Below are positions 61,380 through 64,000 of a DNA stretch of 64,000 nucleotides, in pieces. The stretch's first letter is position 1; the number at the start of each line of letters is the position of its first letter. Origin of the DNA: Christensenellales bacterium (GTDB lineage Bacteria > Bacillota > Clostridia > Christensenellales > UMGS416). Below the pieces are notes generated by a model. The model did not search any database, was not told the origin of the DNA, and saw only the letters and a program-made list of their open reading frames with translations. The stretch is taken from contig JBMNEH010000001.1 of assembly GCA_050948665.1 (NCBI GenBank), forward strand, positions 1,979,813 to 2,043,812, written 5' to 3'. Position numbers and translations under genes: made by a program.

Positions 61380-62381
61380 TTGAAAAATCAAAACAATATT
61401 GGTAAAAAGATATTGGGCATCTTGATGGCCCTGGCTCTGCCGGTTCTGGTTTATGTGCTGTTCGGCGTGCTATCCGGCGGCCGTATGTTTAACGCCCGCG
61501 CGATTACGACTACTTTGCGCACAACTGTCCAGCCTGCCATTATCTGTTATGCGCTGCTGTTGGGCATGAATATCGGCATGATGAATTTCTCTGCCGGTGC
61601 GATCGTTCTGTGCTCCGCAATTATCGGCAGCGGTTTGAGCAATATGTTGGGCTGGGGATTACCCGGACTGATTCTCTTTGCTATGCTGACGGCACTCCTG
61701 TGCAGCGCAATTATGGGCGGCTTGTATAACTGGCTGCGGGTTCCCAGTATGGTTTTGAGCTTGGGATTGATGCTGGTTTACGAAGCTTTGCCTCGTGTAT
61801 TCTTCCCAGCCGGCGCTGTGATCGCCACCGAGAATGGTTTCCTGGCAAGAGTCCCTTGGATCTTTGTGGTGGCTGCCATCACAATGTTCATCTTCTATGT
61901 GCTGTTTAACAAGACCGCCTATGGTCATAACGTTCGCGCTATTGGCGCCAATCAACCTGTGGCTCTGGCAGCCGGTCTAAACCTTGATAAGATTAAGTTC
62001 ATCAACTTCCTGGTTAGCGGTATCTTCCTGGGCATTGCCGCTGTGCTGCATATGTCTAACAGCGGCAAGATACAGAACGTGGCCGCCCTGGGCTCCATGA
62101 CCGTTATGATGGATGCCTTTATGGGCGTGTTCCTAGGCATGCTGCTCTCCCGTTGGTCCGATCCCAGCATTTCCGTGTTCTGCGGTGTGCTGACCATGAA
62201 AATCATGGCTACCGGCTTTGTGGCCGTAGGTCTGGAGGCTGTGTGGAAAGATGTTGTCACCGGCGTGTTTATGCTAATCATCATGACGATTTCTGTCAAC
62301 GCAGCGATTCCCGCCATCAAGAGGGCGAACAATATCTTTAAGGGCGAAGCGGAGGCTGAGTACGCGAAACAGCTCGATTAA
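61380..62381 (+). CDS. Second CUT2 sugar ABC transporter permease
   Basis: The AIGANQPVALAAGLNL motif indicates the RbsC family. The start is set at the TTG at 61380, 7 nt after GGAGG. The ORF-track start at 61293 (also TTG) lacks an RBS. Confidence 0.75.
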   Translation: MKNQNNIGKKILGILMALALPVLVYVLFGVLSGGRMFNARAITTTLRTTVQPAIICYALLLGMNIGMMNFSAGAIVLCSAIIGSGLSNMLGWGLPGLILFAMLTALLCSAIMGGLYNWLRVPSMVLSLGLMLVYEALPRVFFPAGAVIATENGFLARVPWIFVVAAITMFIFYVLFNKTAYGHNVRAIGANQPVALAAGLNLDKIKFINFLVSGIFLGIAAVLHMSNSGKIQNVAALGSMTVMMDAFMGVFLGMLLSRWSDPSISVFCGVLTMKIMATGFVAVGLEAVWKDVVTGVFMLIIMTISVNAAIPAIKRANNIFKGEAEAEYAKQLD

Positions 62382-62477
62382 CAAAATAAACTTGGAGGGG
62401 GGAGATGCAGCAATGTAGTAAGCTTTTCCACCCCTCTTTTAAAAGATTGTACGAATTTTATGAAAGGAGCAAAAGGT

Positions 62478-64000
62478 ATGAAACGATATTTATTCAATGA
62501 CGGGTGGCTGTATAGTGCAGGTGCCACCGGCTCTCTGGCGGCTTTTCTGAGCGACATTGCCCCTCCAGTACCCGTGACCCTGCCCCATGACGCACTGATC
62601 GGCACGGAACGCGTTGAAGATCAGAGTCTGAATCCTGTTGCCTTCTATAAAGGCGTCAATATGAGCTACTCCAAGGAAATCCAGCTGACTGAGGAATGCC
62701 TGAAGGATAAGACCTATATTCTGGAGTTTGAAGGCGTTTACCAGATGGGTTATCTGTATGTAAACAATGCATTCGTTGGTGAATGCAAGTACGGCTACGG
62801 CAACTACTTTCATGACATTACCCATTATTTGAAACCGGGCAAGAATGTCATCAAGATGACCGTTAAAAACGGCGGAAATCCCGCGGGCCGTTGGTATACC
62901 GGTGGCGGCATCTATCGGGACGTGAACCTGTATGTGGCCGACAAGCTGCATATCAAGGTCACCGGGACCCGCGTTTCCACCGAGGATGTGGATGACGTTA
63001 TGGCGACGCTGAAGGTCATCGTACCCGTAGAGAATAAGACCGACAGGGTCATGGACGCCGTGATCGTCAATGAAGTTCTCTGCGATGGTGGCCATGTAGT
63101 TTCTTCCGCCCGTGCGCCCATCACCCTGCTGCCCGGCCAGGAAGAAGATGTCCGACTGAGAATGGTGGTGGAAGAGGCTAAGCTGTGGGATGAATTCACC
63201 CCCAATCTGTATACCATCCGCACCACCCTGTATAAGGGCGAGGAAGTCTGCGATACCTTTGAGGATCAGTTCGGCATCCGTAAGCTGCAACTGGATGTGA
63301 AGCGCGGCTTGCGTATCAACGGCAAGACGGTCAAGTTCCGCGGCGGTTGCATCCACCATGACAACGGAGTCCTAGGCGCCGCTACTTTTGAAGCGTCCGA
63401 AGAGCGCCGTGTCCGCCTGATGAAGGAAGCCGGCTACAATGCCATCCGTATGGCGCACCACCCCATGAGCAAGGCTATGCTCCGCGCCTGCGACAGACTG
63501 GGCGTATATGTTATGGATGAGTTCTCCGATGTCTGGTGCACGACCAAGGCCGAATTCGATTACGGCTTGAACTTCGCTACCAACTGGGAGCTCGACGCCA
63601 AGAACCTGGCCTACAAGGACTATAACCATCCCTCCGTGATCTTCTACTCCATCGGCAACGAGATTCCCGAAACCGGCAACAAGTTCGACGCCGCCTGGGG
63701 TAAGAAGTTGACCGACGCCATCCGCTCCGTGGACGATACCCGCTATGTAGTGAACTCTGTGAACCTCCTGCTGTCTATCATGGGCCGCATGGATGAGATC
63801 ATTGCCTCTATGGGTATCGGCGGAGACGAAGGCGGTGACAACAAAGAAATCAACTCCCTGATGTCGGATCTGGGCTCGGTTATGGGCGAGCTGTCAAAGC
63901 ATCCCATCGCTTCCGCCGCAACGGAAGAGGCGTTTGCCCAGGTGGATATCTCCGGTTATAATTATTCCGAAGACCGTTATGAATCCGATTGTGTTCAGTT
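62478..64000 (+). CDS. GH2 glycoside hydrolase (beta-galactosidase/beta-glucuronidase-like), 3' end outside the window
   Basis: ATG at 62478 behind AAAGGAG. MKRYLFNDGWLY...GIYRDVNLY...FRGGCIHHDNGVLGAA...AGYNAIRMAHHP...YSIGNEIPE stays open to position 64000. It is not on the ORF track, which lists only the antisense ORF 62490..63359. Confidence 0.85.
   Translation, partial: MKRYLFNDGWLYSAGATGSLAAFLSDIAPPVPVTLPHDALIGTERVEDQSLNPVAFYKGVNMSYSKEIQLTEECLKDKTYILEFEGVYQMGYLYVNNAFVGECKYGYGNYFHDITHYLKPGKNVIKMTVKNGGNPAGRWYTGGGIYRDVNLYVADKLHIKVTGTRVSTEDVDDVMATLKVIVPVENKTDRVMDAVIVNEVLCDGGHVVSSARAPITLLPGQEEDVRLRMVVEEAKLWDEFTPNLYTIRTTLYKGEEVCDTFEDQFGIRKLQLDVKRGLRINGKTVKFRGGCIHHDNGVLGAATFEASEERRVRLMKEAGYNAIRMAHHPMSKAMLRACDRLGVYVMDEFSDVWCTTKAEFDYGLNFATNWELDAKNLAYKDYNHPSVIFYSIGNEIPETGNKFDAAWGKKLTDAIRSVDDTRYVVNSVNLLLSIMGRMDEIIASMGIGGDEGGDNKEINSLMSDLGSVMGELSKHPIASAATEEAFAQVDISGYNYSEDRYESDCVQ

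Overview
This is a 64 kb window of high-GC, Clostridia-like chromosome, judged by GGAGG-type ribosome-binding sites, frequent ATGA/TAATG start-stop overlaps and lipoprotein solute-binding proteins. It is almost entirely carbohydrate-utilisation loci, and three tRNA genes (Val-CAC, Arg-CCT, Ser-GGA) each sit at a change in gene content.

From left to right:
- 1-5.7 kb: a gene-decay zone. It holds a frameshifted SGNH hydrolase, a GH3 with an internal deletion, and remnants of a GH94-like gene. An intact GH78 rhamnosidase lies among them.
- 5.7-9.6 kb: a large clan GH-A hydrolase and an AraC regulator.
- 9.8-10.3 kb: a decayed large serine recombinase next to tRNA-Val.
- 11-17.4 kb: a heparinase II/III-like gene, an adh-amidohydrolase-URO-D-like operon and a NahK-like kinase.
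- 18.4-30.8 kb: after tRNA-Arg and an AT-rich ORF-free spacer, an island encoding a DgpB/DgpC/DgpA-like C-glycoside (3-keto-glycoside) deglycosidase cassette. An AraC::GH39-like one-component regulator lies upstream. A three-subunit flavoprotein / Fe-S / GltD-like reductase follows immediately downstream. A second Gfo/Idh/MocA plus iron-sulfur-flavoprotein pair is also present.
- 31.0-35.6 kb: a tightly coupled operon, buk - SCP-x-type thiolase - DUF35 - ACP - pta/ptb - acpS. I cannot assign it to a known pathway, and it is the best candidate here for an undescribed system.
- 35.9-48.6 kb: a YesMN-type two-component system, an LplABC-type ABC importer, GH5, two tandem carboxylesterases and YesL.
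- 48.8-54.1 kb: an operon of GH2 beta-mannosidase, queT and two paralogous URO-D-like proteins.
- 54.4-56.3 kb: a polytopic membrane protein.
- After tRNA-Ser: a lower-GC segment with tandem repeats, a CUT2-type ABC importer, and a GH2 gene that is open at the right edge and missing from the ORF track.

All functional calls rest on by-eye motif and family recognition. No database search was run.
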